64,000 nt of DNA from an uncultured Verrucomicrobiae bacterium (GCA_963702845.1 OY969763.1:5963560-6027559); one strand, 5' to 3'. Numbered from the stretch's first letter, positions 40,596 through 52,461 are shown. Translations and numbers: made by a program. Notes: generated by a model not told the origin, from the sequence alone.

Positions 40596-41198
40596 TCAGT
40601 TACTGGTGTTGGTATTCGTGTTGCTTTGAGCAACGGTAGAATTTGGGAAGGCGCGTTTTAGGGCGTTGGTGAGTTTGATTTGGATGGGTGACAGTGCTGG
40701 TTCCGCATTTTCGGGCAGATCGCCACCGGTGATGGCGAGACGACTAATGTTTGAGGAAATGTTCAAGGCGCGGGCGACCTGGGAAATAGTCATTTTTTGC
40801 AGTTGTTCCTCACCGCACGTTTCCAGGAAGCAATGGACGGCGCAGAGAAGTTTTTGGGCGGCGGTCCATTCCTGATGGCGGAGTTCGGCGAGGCGAGCGG
40901 ACCATTGCGCGGCCTGTTCGCGCCGGGACGCGGCTTCGGATTCGGCCTGCTGCTGCAACACCCCGGCATTGAACGATTGAATACGATCGCTCCAATCAAA
41001 TTTACTGGACCATTTTTTTATTGTGCCGATGGCTTCATCGAGTTTATCGGCGACGGCTTGCAACGAACGGCCATGACCGAGTTGGAAAAAGGTCATGAAG
41101 GCGCTGTAAGCGCGAGGGCTTTCGCCCTGAGCGCGCGGAAACGTCGGCAACGTTGCAGTCAAAGGACCTTCGTTCGCGGTGATTGCTTCGTTTGTCAT
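40596..41198 (-). CDS. Probable terminase small subunit (HTH + coiled coil)
   Basis: GESPRAYSAF...RSLQAVADKL...IKKWSSKFDWSDR HTH-like segment directly upstream of terL. Confidence 0.65.
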   Translation of the reverse strand: MTNEAITANEGPLTATLPTFPRAQGESPRAYSAFMTFFQLGHGRSLQAVADKLDEAIGTIKKWSSKFDWSDRIQSFNAGVLQQQAESEAASRREQAAQWSARLAELRHQEWTAAQKLLCAVHCFLETCGEEQLQKMTISQVARALNISSNISRLAITGGDLPENAEPALSPIQIKLTNALKRAFPNSTVAQSNTNTNTSN

Positions 41199-41590
41199 AC
41201 TGGATATGCGCGTTGAGAGTTGGCAGGAATTACACGACTTGGTTTTTTGTTTTTGAGCTGTTTACAAAGCTTGTCCAACAGCTCATCAAAAATCGTCAGC
41301 AGCCGCCTGCGCGTTTTAGGATCAGGACAGGTTTTGGCGTAGATATGAGTGTTTATGTACCAGCATCGTTGGCGAGGGTGGAACACGAGCGCTTGAACCG
41401 GCCATAGGTACAATTTATCCCAGAGCGGTTCGGGAACATCCATTTCGCGTGAACAAATCCAGAGCGTCCGATCAGGGCCCACAGCGACCTGGTAGACATA
41501 TGTGGAACCGTCACTGTGCGGTTGAAACGAGTGAAAGAAGTGGAGGTCTTCGAACTTAATTTTCGTTTTATTAGTCGATAACAGTTTCAT
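41195..41590 (-). CDS. Hypothetical protein
   Basis: Short ORF whose stop overlaps the small-terminase start; no recognised motif. Confidence 0.4.
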   Translation of the reverse strand: MKLLSTNKTKIKFEDLHFFHSFQPHSDGSTYVYQVAVGPDRTLWICSREMDVPEPLWDKLYLWPVQALVFHPRQRCWYINTHIYAKTCPDPKTRRRLLTIFDELLDKLCKQLKNKKPSRVIPANSQRAYPV

Positions 41591-41809
41591 AGTTATCGTG
41601 AGACTAACAACGTCACTTGGACAAAGGCTGTCCAAGTGGAATTTTTATTGAAAATAATTTGCGCGGCGCAGGAACAGGCGTAACCCATTAATCAGGAATT
41701 GGTTGCCGTAGTCGGGAGCTGCATTGGCCTGCTAATTCTTGCTAATAGCCGCTGAATTTAGTGCTGGTTTTGATGGCAGAGAAAGAATGGGTGATGTCTC
41801 GCGACGGAC

Positions 41810-41886
41810 GCGAAGAGCGCGAACATTATGGGATAGGGATAAACGATAGGGATACTCGATCCGAAACGGACGATTTCAAAAAACGG
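41810..41886. repeat. RAYT-remnant direct repeat, copy 1
   Basis: gcgaagagcgcgaacattatgggata...gggatactcgatccg...gacgatttcaaaaaacgg shared with 43832-43926; minus strand reads RPFRIEYP. Confidence 0.7.
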
Positions 41887-41943
41887 ATTTGTGTCAATAG
41901 TTGGGACTGACACTTGCACTCTGCTTCCAAAGGCGCATCTAAT

Positions 41944-43482
<1,539 letters not shown>

Positions 43483-43512
43483 TTTTTTGAAGGAGTTGAA
43501 CAACACTAGTTA

Positions 43513-43792
43513 AAACTGATAGGAAATTGCTTTTTGACGCTGGCGCGGTTAAGGGAGAATTGCTTTTCACAATGTCTCATTTTTTGAGGATGCTGCGCCC
43601 GTAGAAACGTTCAGTCAAGTGACCTTACGCATTCCGGTGCATCGCTTACGGTCCTGACGACTGCGGTGGTCAATTTGGAGCCAAAAACGGCTCGGTCGAG
43701 GCAGACCCCAACCGTTTCCAAAAAACCGATAGGAAATCGCTTTTGGACGCTGGCGCGGTTAATTGCAAAAAGGATTTCGCGCGAAGGTTTCG
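43513..43792 (-). repeat. 280-bp leader repeat, copy 1 (promoter-like, with a ~40-bp internal direct repeat)
   Basis: Aligns with 51900-52180; minus-strand TTGACT-17 bp-CAGCAT at 43618-43590. Confidence 0.85.
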
Positions 43793-43831
43793 AACCGCCG
43801 ACTGGGAATCGGGGCTCGCTCCGCTCGGGGA

Positions 43832-43926
43832 GCGAAGAGCGCGAACATTATGGGATAAGGGATAGACCGCGCCGGGATACTCGATCCGTAACGGACGAGG
43901 GTGACGAGACGATTTCAAAAAAACGG
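43832..43926 (-). pseudogene. REP-associated tyrosine transposase (RAYT) 5' remnant; direct repeat copy 2
   Basis: Minus strand encodes PRPLRIEYPGAVY, typical of RAYT/Y1 transposase N-termini, then breaks off. Confidence 0.7.
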
Positions 43927-44123
43927 TTGCTTACCAATTTCCAAAAACGTCGATTTGATACGCGAGCACGTCATCAACATCCGGTGACCCCCATCCGCTG
44001 ACGCATCAAATCCGCTGTCATCTCCTGACCCCCATCACCTGTCACTTGGCCACTTAGAACCGACCCCTTTATGGGCCGGCTGGAAACCAGCGTTCCGAAT
44101 CGTCAAGCCCAAGCGTATCAATA

Positions 44124-44146
44124 GCTGCCGGCTTTAGACCGGCAGC
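44124..44146 (-). terminator. Hairpin downstream of the rhodanese gene
   Basis: GCTGCCGG-ctttaga-CCGGCAGC; weak T-tract. Confidence 0.45.
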
Positions 44147-44161
44147 CATGAGCAAAGGCAA

Positions 44162-44551
44162 TTAATTAGCTGCCTCGGTCTTTTCGCCGGCGTCTTTCCA
44201 GCCTGCGATGCCGACGGTCAGGTGCTTAACGTTTGTATAGCCGAGCTTTTTGGCCGCGACTGCAGCTTGGTGGTAAGCCTGGCAACGGGAATTTCCGCAG
44301 TAAGCGATGATCTCTGCGTTTTTGTCCTTGGGCAACACGGACGCCAGAATGTCCTTATTTGCAATGTAGTCGACAGCGCCAGGAATATGGCCTTTTTGCC
44401 ATGATTCGGTGCCATTAACGTCGAGCAAGGTTGCGTTCTTGGAAGCAACTGCAGCTTTAACGTCGGCGACCGAAACATCGGGGAATTCGGCCGCATACAC
44501 ACCGGCCACGATCGAGAATAGTGCAAAGATGGATAAGAGTCGTTTAATCAT
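44162..44551 (-). CDS. Secreted rhodanese-like protein
   Basis: Signal peptide; GHIPGA, YCG..RC, GIAGW motifs. Confidence 0.88.
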   Translation of the reverse strand: MIKRLLSIFALFSIVAGVYAAEFPDVSVADVKAAVASKNATLLDVNGTESWQKGHIPGAVDYIANKDILASVLPKDKNAEIIAYCGNSRCQAYHQAAVAAKKLGYTNVKHLTVGIAGWKDAGEKTEAAN

Positions 44552-44718
44552 GGCATAACATTAATTTGATATACAGACTTCGCAAGTTTTCTTGGGCTCC
44601 CTTCTCCGCCGTCTCCTACATTACTTGGTAGCAGCCGATGTAAGGGGGCAAGGGAAAAAAAGGCCAAACGGACACCCGGATTGCAGTCAAGCGTGTGAAC
44701 GCAGCCACAGCATTACAT

Positions 44719-45958
44719 TCAAATACGGGTGCCCAGATTTAGCTCTGATGCGTTAAGTGAAAAACTCGAAGATAAACCGCGCGCTCGTAAATGCGGCGTA
44801 TTGCTGCCACATGTCTCCTTACGTTTATCCGCGAAGTCTGATACTCATTTTAGCAACAAGGATTCTCGGACGAGGTGCAGTAGCCAAATGAGCAGCGTGA
44901 AAAACGCCAAAAGCCTCCATCTCTAAACCAACAACTTTCCGAGATTTGCTAAGAATGTCATCGACGAGCGTCGGGTCTTGCACAACGGCTGCTCCCGAAG
45001 CCAGCAAGCCGACAATGAGTTTCGGAATTCTGGTAAAGAGGCGTTGGCCAAGCACGACGAATTACATCCATCCGAGGCTGGTCGCGCTCCCACTGCTGAA
45101 GTAATGGGTGAAGCTCAGGATCGATTCGCAACTGGGTATGACTTGGGGTAAATACTCTCCCGTTGTCCGTTTCTGCGATCTTTCCCGAGCCATAGTCGTA
45201 TGCGGCTTCTGCGACGAGAATGTCTCCGTACTGTTGTTCTTTGTTGGTCCAGCCGCAATGCCAGTCATAACCAAAAACCGAGGGCGCCAACGTTCGATAA
45301 CCTTGCATGCAGTAATTGCGGCCGCTGTCATCCCATTGTAGGTGCAGCAGAGGCGACGACCGAGATTTTAGTGCCGTAACACGTTTTCCAAGCCGATGAA
45401 TAGTAATGTAATGCGTCGGCTTGATTGTATTCGCAGTTTCTTATCCCAGGCGTTTTCAGTAATTCGCGGAGTTCGACTTGCGGCGAAGACGTAACGATCG
45501 CGACGTCGGTCTTATACGCTCTCGGGCGGATTTCTGCATCATGCAGTCTCGCTGCTACGAATCGAGCTTTACTGGTGAGCGATTCGCGCGGAATCACTTG
45601 TTTCGTCATAGACAACTACATGGACCAGTTTTTTTTCAGCATCGGTTCGAAGTGTCGTCGCCGCCTCTGAAAATGCCGTTAGACAGATAATGTGCGATGG
45701 TGGATGACAGGCGGATCCATCCAGAAGCTCCGAAAGCACTTGCTTGCCTGCTGTCCCGCTCGGTGCTTCTCCGTCCCGCACTGGCATGACCAAATCCAAA
45801 ATTAAAAGATCAAAAACTTCCTCTTCGAGTTGTTTCACAGCACCTCGGAAGCTTTTACTGCGTCGAATGTCGACGGGCCTAGTGGCTAATGCGGCACGCA
45901 GTACCGACTCTACGGCAGCCGCTTTAGCGTCAGTATCATCTGCTATCAGAACTTTCAT
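44719..45958 (-). CDS. dtcC: Detocs DtcC-like receiver + PNP-fold nucleosidase effector (multiple frameshifts)
   Basis: REC (LIADD, LILDLVMP, CLTA) then, across frames, MGMTAAA, MTGIAAG, GDILVA, YDYGSGK, LASGAAVV, GLEMEAFG, VSDFAD, WQQYAA; stop at 44753 or 44719. Confidence 0.78.
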
Positions 45959-46412
45959 GTTGCTGTTTGATTGATTTCAGCATTGCGGTCAACTTTCCTT
46001 GCCACGTTGAGTCCACGTTACTGTAGTAAATCCCACCATAGAATAGGGTTGGATATGTTTGTTTCAGTTGATTCAGTAAAACAGTGAGATTTACCGAGTT
46101 TGGCCCCTCGCCGAAGTGATCGAACTGCGTCACGACGACGACTTTGGAATTGATGTCTTCCAGGTTCATTTCCGCAAGAATCTCACGACCTCCGAAAATT
46201 CTTGTGCGCCCCTCTAGTCGCCCATCCGTTCGTTCGGAAGTAGGAAGCGTCATATCCAACAACAGGAGATCAGGGCGTGTCTCGCGGATCGCACCCAGCC
46301 CTGTTTGAAACGAGCGTGCTATTTCTACTTCACACGCAATCCCTAGGTCTTTAACTAACGACTGAAGTGCTTGAATCTTGTAGTCGGAGTCATCGATGAT
46401 TAGAACTTTCAT
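45936..46412 (-). CDS. dtcB: Detocs DtcB-like standalone receiver domain
   Basis: LIIDD, LLLDMTLP, VVVVTQ; no output domain; overlaps both neighbours. Confidence 0.8.
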   Translation of the reverse strand: MKVLIIDDSDYKIQALQSLVKDLGIACEVEIARSFQTGLGAIRETRPDLLLLDMTLPTSERTDGRLEGRTRIFGGREILAEMNLEDINSKVVVVTQFDHFGEGPNSVNLTVLLNQLKQTYPTLFYGGIYYSNVDSTWQGKLTAMLKSIKQQHESSDSR

Positions 46413-49400
46413 GCCGCTAAAGCTCCCACATCACACGTAACTGTCACAAGCACGTTACAATCCTTGCTTGTAGCCGTAACTACCGGGACGATTTGTTTAA
46501 ATTCATATAATAGCGCTGCGATGATTTTGGCAAACCCACTGCCTCCTTCTTTGACTACCTTAGCGGGTTCAAGTTTTGCTTTAAGCTCTAACAGGATTTG
46601 CATAATCGTTTGTGCCGCAGCTGAGGCGCAGGCTGGCGAGGTCATTGGGCTATGCACGCAAAGCTCTATGTCGCCCTTTTCACCAGAAATGGTTAATTTC
46701 GACTGAAAAGATTCTCGGCTTACGTCCGAATGATGTAGAGCATTTTCGACCAAAAAGAATAGGATGTGGACCAAGGTCGTAAAGTGGCGCCCTCTGACTC
46801 GATATGGCGACGTTACTTCCACAACATGCCTGCCACGGAACTCGGGATTCAGTTGCTCGACCATTCCGACGGCGGTTCTTGCGGCCAATTCGAAGCTTGC
46901 ATCGCCCATAAGTGTAGCGTCTGCATCTTGAAACCACGCTCTCATTTCATCGCAGAGTCGCTCTGTATCGTGACGGCACGCGGCGAGAGTGTTTCTAAGG
47001 GGTGCGAGATTCATTCCGCCCAATGTCTCCGGTAACATCCCAAGAACGTCATCGACGGCAATACGAAGTCGTACCCGTAATTCAACCTCTATCAAACATC
47101 TTACATTTCGCAGACTGCTGCGGGTCCTTTCTAACAAGACATCGAAAACACCATCTAAAAATGTATCTACCGATCCGGTATCGGGCATTCGTGCAAGGAC
47201 CCGCTGCAATTGGTCGTCGGTAAATTGATAGTCAAATACGCCGCCGAGGTTTCTCGTTTCGGTTTTTGAGTGGAGCCAGATGTTTTTGACCTCCTCCGCA
47301 ATCGTGTTGATTTGTTCAGTGAGAACATACAAAAGATTCATTACGTACGAGAGTTCGTCAGTCTTTTCCTGCAGTGCGAGACGCGTGCGCCAATACTCTT
47401 CTATTTTTCGTTGTTCTGGAGAATCCTTCCGAACAGCTAACTTCCGCTCGACGAACGGCTTTCTGATGTGCTGAATCACGATTCCGTGGCGAATTCGGCC
47501 ACTAAGGCTCGCTTTATTCCGAAATGCGGACTTGAGACAAAAGCATCTCGAATTTCCCGAAATGCGAGTGAAAAAGCTATAACTGCGGATTCGTGACGTG
47601 CCGCGAAAGGCTCAGGTTGAACGCGAATTGAGGCGTTACGGGCAAAAGGAGATAGGCGATTTTGTAGGTCGTCTTTAACTTGGGTTGCGACCAGGTCGCG
47701 CTGAGCTACGAACCGAAAGTATGCGTCGGTGAATCGCCGTTGTTCGGCTTCGCGAAGCGCTGCAACGTTTACCATGACGCGAGTCCTCCTTCTATTTTTT
47801 CCAGAGCTTCACGTAGCTGGGCATGTTGGGTTACGCGCAAAATCTCGGTTTCAGCAACGCGATCGAAATTCGGTGCGTGTTTTGTGATCCAATTTAATAA
47901 TACCAGTTGCTCTGACTCGACTTTTTCGACCGAACTCAAATCGTTGAGAGAATCGATCACTTCAGGCGTAAACACTCGCAACAGCAATACGGCAAGAGCA
48001 CGCTGGTCAAGGCCTTCGATATTGCAAAGTTCCGATGGTATTTTGACGTTCAACTTTCGTAGGTACCTTTTCAAAGCGAGAGAAACCTCGTGCGGATCAT
48101 CACAAGCGAGGTACGCGACAATCGGGAACTCTATCTGTAGGCTAGCTTGTTCTTTATTGTCGAGACACGTGTCAAAAATGCGCTTCATTGACACTCGACG
48201 AATCGATTGCGGCGATTCAGGAACGTTTGGACGAGTATACGCTGCATTTGGACGACATCACCCTTAATACGGTAAATGTCGATCAATGCTCTTCTAGCTT
48301 CTTCCACTGCATACGGTGAAAGCGGGCTATCGGGATTCTCCTCTTGAAGCCTGAGATAGTGATTAAGATGCCGTAGAGCCTCAGTATATAAATTTCGTCG
48401 CGCCGCAGCAAGTCCTGCGAAAAAGTGGTGACGAAAAGCAGGAATCGTCTCGCAATTCTGGAGTTTTTCAACCTGAATCCCTTCCGATATCTGAAAGAAA
48501 AACTGCATCGACGTGCTCGATGAAAAACTTTGAAGGCACTGAGCGAGATACTTGTTGTTTACCTCTGGCGGATAACCGTATTCGAAATTTCGGGGGCCAT
48601 GTAACCCGAACGTGAACGCAGCCCTTCGGGGCCATTTCTGATCTGGCAACGGCGAGGAATGAAGCGCATGCAGGGACCGAAGTCCATCACTCATTGTAAA
48701 CACCCGAAATCGGCTGCCGAACCGTCGCAAATAACCAAGCGAATCTTCTGACTGTTGGTTTTTAGAAAAAACATTTAGCAAATGCTGACGGAGCAACACT
48801 TCAGGAGAATTTCCCACGAAGATCTCTGAGTCACCCGCATACATTGCCGCCTTTGTGGCTAGCTCTTGATCTCCTATAAAGAACGGATGGCTGTGAGCGA
48901 GATTCCTTGCTGCCTTTAAGCTACCAACGTAGTCACTTGCTAGGTACTTGTCCCAAGCTTCAACTAACCCCTGTGTCTCGGTTGAGGGTGTTATACCGCT
49001 GTTTTCCGACACGCAGTCGCCAATGTATTTAAGGATCGGATCCTGTATCGGAGTGGTAAGCCTAATCACAGCTCGGCCCAGTTTTACCGCCTCATTATGC
49101 TGAGAACCGTAGGCTGTTGCTGTCAATCGAAGGAAGAACTCGTATCGGTCGATTAATGGACACGCTTCAGAATGGGATAACATATCAGCGACTGACCATG
49201 ATTCCGCACAGTCCTCTAACACAAATAGGTCCAAAAACACTCGCAGCGAGTCGGTATTGCATGAAACATAACTTCGAATCGTTTGTCTGAAGTGCTCCTC
49301 GGGGAGTGCTGTGTCACTTGCAATCCCAAAAATCCGTGTAAACACTGGAAGTGAAGTTCCGAATTGTTGTTCGTCTTGATCAAAGCTATCCACCAATTCT

Positions 49401-49855
49401 GAGCGACTTTTTGCACCCCGCGCCTCTTGAACAAGTAGGATACGCCAAAATATTCCCCACAACGTTGGGCCAAAGCATTTATGATGTTCCTTCAAGATTT
49501 TGTCAGCGCTGTCCCAATTTCCTCGTAACATCGCGGTTACAAATTCGGTACGCTTTAACGCGTGGGCACTAAGCTTTGACGCGTGAACGTGAGCCAATGC
49601 AGAGAACCAATTCACAGCTTTTTGAGAGTTAGTGATTCGTGGCATCCCTCCCGGAACCCAAAGTTCGTTGAATCGTTGCGGAAAGCAGCGGCCGGTAAAA
49701 AACTGCTGAACCCTCGGATTCTCGAAGCTGAGCGTTGAAAGAACCTCAATTTGTTCCCGAATGTCGGCCTTCGCCCTCAGATAGCGTGCCGCGCGAGCCG
49801 CATCAACGTCGCTCGTTCGCAGCGCTAACAATATTTGCGTTGGTGAATAAATCAT
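46409..49855 (-). CDS. dtcA: Detocs DtcA-like sensor: helical/TPR-like N-terminus plus histidine-kinase-like C-terminus (four frameshifted fragments)
   Basis: Fragments 48185-49855, 47769-48194, 47476-47775, 46409-47479; putative H-box LSGRIRHG in frame just before 47479, N-box LVENALHHS, G-box KEGGSGFAKI. Confidence 0.75.
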
Positions 49856-50050
49856 AACCCGGACCCTTCACACGTGAGCCTCACGTTCATTTGACAGGCG
49901 GTCTGGAGGCGCGTCAGTTTAGGGGAATAGGGGCGGTGTCGCAACTGTTGTTTGGTCGGCGACTTCGCACGTCGACAGTCCCCAACTTTCCTTTTCCCCG
50001 CGCGGCCGTCGCGAGACAACAAATCAGTGCAATCCGTGGTTGGTCCGAAA

Positions 50051-50093
50051 CCGACGTTCATACGAGGCGGACGTTCATGCGAGGCCGACGTTC
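50051..50093. repeat. 17-bp tandem repeat, 2.5 copies
   Basis: ccgacgttcatacgagg cggacgttcatgcgagg ccgacgttc. Confidence 0.7.
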
Positions 50094-50098
50094 GGCCT

Positions 50099-50169
50099 TG
50101 TAACGGGTCCGCAGAGCGTCTGTAACGCCTTTTGTAACGGGTCAAACCCCCTGGAAGGATGGGGGTGGG
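50099..50169. repeat. TGTAAC iteron-like element, copy B
   Basis: Three TGTAAC; similar to 32036-32141 including the G-rich tail. Confidence 0.6.
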
Positions 50170-50645
50170 ATCCGCGTTCCCTTTTTCGATATTCGATATT
50201 CGATAGCCAAGTGGTAACAGCATCGCTCGATGCATTGATCAAGGAATCGTGCCAGCCCTGACGCGGGGAAGATCGTCCGAGGTATCCGCCGCCTGGTAGA
50301 AGGCCCCTGCTCGATATTGACGGGCGTCGTGTCGGTCTGCGCGTTACCCAGGATCCATGAACTCGCGAGCGCGGGCGACCCGTTGGGCGGCAGGTAGTCC
50401 CTGTTATCGCCAACGTACATGTGATAACAGAATTGAAGTTGCCTCATGTTGCCGAGGCACTGGATGGTTCTGGCTTTGGCTTTGGCCCGGGCCAACGCTG
50501 GTAATAACAGGGAGGCCAGGATCGCGATGATCGCAATGACTACCAGCAACTCGATGAGCGTGAAGCCTGGGAACGGGCCTGGCGTACAAATCGCGTGTGT
50601 GCTCCCGCTGACGCACCTTTTCTTTGCTGTGCGAAGAAGGTTCAT
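50142..50645 (-). pseudogene. Truncated prepilin-type N-terminal cleavage/methylation protein
   Basis: [29 protein letters not shown]; family-like sequence appears to end at ~50305 (VNIEQG) and runs into repeats. Confidence 0.7.
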
Positions 50646-50881
50646 TCGTATTGCTGACGTCTGCTTTAAAGACGATGAATCAAGCGACAGAAGGAGGCGA
50701 TTGAAATCTGGCGATCTCCGAATTGGTTTTTCTGGTGGGACTAAGCTTGGCGGATTGAAAATGGTGCAGTGTCAATAGTTAGGACTGATAAGCATTAAGG
50801 GCGCTGGCTGAGGAAGGTCTCCTCGCGGTAGAACGTTGTTTGTCCGACGAAAGACAAAACAACAAACCGAAGGGAGACCCT

Positions 50882-51046
50882 ATGAAGCGTAGTTTAATGG
50901 CTGCCATCGACCTGCACAGTAATAATTTATTTTGCGGCATCGTCGATGCGCAGGGCCGACATGTGTTCGATAAAAAACTTCCCGGGATGGGCGCGCGGCT
51001 GGAAAAGCAAAAGAACCTTAAAAAGCAGGCCGGCGCTAGATCCTGA
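50882..51046 (+). pseudogene. IS110-family transposase 5' fragment
   Basis: MKRSLMAAIDLHSNNLFCGIVDAQG resembles the DEDD RuvC start of IS110 transposases; truncated after ~35 aa. Confidence 0.7.
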
Positions 51047-51197
51047 TGGTGACTGACCGGATCGCTTCAACCGAGGCGATTACGAATCAGACGAATGAAA
51101 AGATGGGTTCGAATGCAGCTTGCAAAAAATCGGCAGCTATAGAGAAACTCAATTTAAAAATTGAGAACAGCAACATTTTGCCTTATTGACACGCGCC

Positions 51198-51899
51198 CTA
51201 ATGGGTGACACCTGGTCGTCCGCCGCCTCGCAATTGAGCGATGTATTGCAATTCGTGCAGCGCCTTTTCGTCGCGCGGGTCCAGTTGGAGGCATCTCTGG
51301 TACAGGCTCTCGGCGTCGTCCAATTTACCGAGTTCGACCATTACGAATGCCTCGCCTCTCCACGCGCGTCGCCGGGCGACATTACCGTTGCCATCATTTT
51401 CGGGTGTACGGAGCGCTACCTTGGCGAAACACTCAAGAGCTTTATCCCAGACACGGGTCCGTTGATAAGCGTAACCAAGCTCGCATAAGAATTCGGCGTT
51501 CCCCGGCGAAAGGGCCGCCGCCATGTTCATATGTTCGATCGCCTGATCGATGTTTCCTTGTTCGACAGCGATGAAACCCTTGACAAAGTAGGCGTGCGCA
51601 TACCCGAATGAGACCACGATTGCCGTCACATTATCCATGGCGGCCTGGCCCAGACAGCAGATCGTGTCCAGCGCTCCTTCGGCACAGTAAACCCGCTCTT
51701 TTCTGGTTCCGTATAGTTTTTCGAACTCACGAATTACCGGATTGATGAAATCATCCAGAACTGCTTGAAATTTTCGCTCGCGCACGATCATCTGCCAGAC
51801 TTGCTGATTGTGCGCGCGATATCGGTCGAGATGGGGAGATTCCGATGGCGAGCCAGGTGCCGGATCGCTATTTCCACCGGGAGGCTGTGATAGATTCAT
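51198..51899 (-). CDS. Tetratricopeptide repeat protein
   Basis: TPR-like units (AYFVKGFIAVEQGNIDQA, FLCELGYAY, LGKLDDAESLYQRCLQLDP). Confidence 0.8.
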   Translation of the reverse strand: MNLSQPPGGNSDPAPGSPSESPHLDRYRAHNQQVWQMIVRERKFQAVLDDFINPVIREFEKLYGTRKERVYCAEGALDTICCLGQAAMDNVTAIVVSFGYAHAYFVKGFIAVEQGNIDQAIEHMNMAAALSPGNAEFLCELGYAYQRTRVWDKALECFAKVALRTPENDGNGNVARRRAWRGEAFVMVELGKLDDAESLYQRCLQLDPRDEKALHELQYIAQLRGGGRPGVTH

Positions 51900-52180
51900 A
51901 AACTGATAGGAAATTGCTTTTGGACGCTGGCGCGGTTAAAGGAGAATTGCTTTTCACAACAACTCATTTTTGGTGATGCTGTGTCTGGGGAGGCATTGAG
52001 TTAAGGTGACTATGCGCATCCCGGCGCATCGCTTACGGTTCTGACGAATGCGGCGGTCAATAAGGAGTCAAAAAACGCCTCGATTGAGGCAGACCCCAAC
52101 CGTTTCCAAAAAACCGATAGGAAATCGCTTTTTGACGCTGACGCGGTTAATTGCAAAAAGGATTTCGCGCGAAGGTTTCG
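51900..52180 (-). repeat. 280-bp leader repeat, copy 2
   Basis: Aligns with 43513-43792; abuts the TPR gene ATG; TTAACT-17 bp-CAGCAT at 52004-51976. Confidence 0.85.
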
Positions 52181-52244
52181 TTGTTCATGTGTGCTGGTCC
52201 CTAGTTCACACGTTCAGACACCACTTTGACGCCAAGGAAACAGA

Positions 52245-52390
52245 CCTCCTCTCCCGTGCCCTCTCCTCCATCTGAATGGAGGAGAGGGAGGAGTTTTGGT
52301 TTGGGTGCATTAACCGGGGGGTGGCGTCGAATCGGCTCCCCAGCCGACTCGCCTTACCCCCGGCTATTTTCATTTCGCCCCTGCAGGGCT
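52245..52390. repeat. Cluster of intergenic palindromes
   Basis: CCCTCTCCTCCAT-ctga-ATGGAGGAGAGGG and CCGGGGG...CCCCCGG stems downstream of nuoI. Confidence 0.6.
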
Positions 52391-52461
52391 CTTGGGTCAG
52401 GACAACCGTCCCCGGTTGTTGAGAGTTAGTTGACAAGATATCGGAGTCTAAATGCAACGGG

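Noticed and set aside
44640..49990. Integron attC sites flanking Detocs
   Set aside because: No convincing RYYYAAC/GTTRRRY pair with an internal palindrome, and no integron integrase
43512..52150. Four ~40-bp repeats as a CRISPR array
   Set aside because: Spacing is ~210 bp and ~8 kb, the intervening sequences are homologous rather than unique spacers, and no cas genes are present
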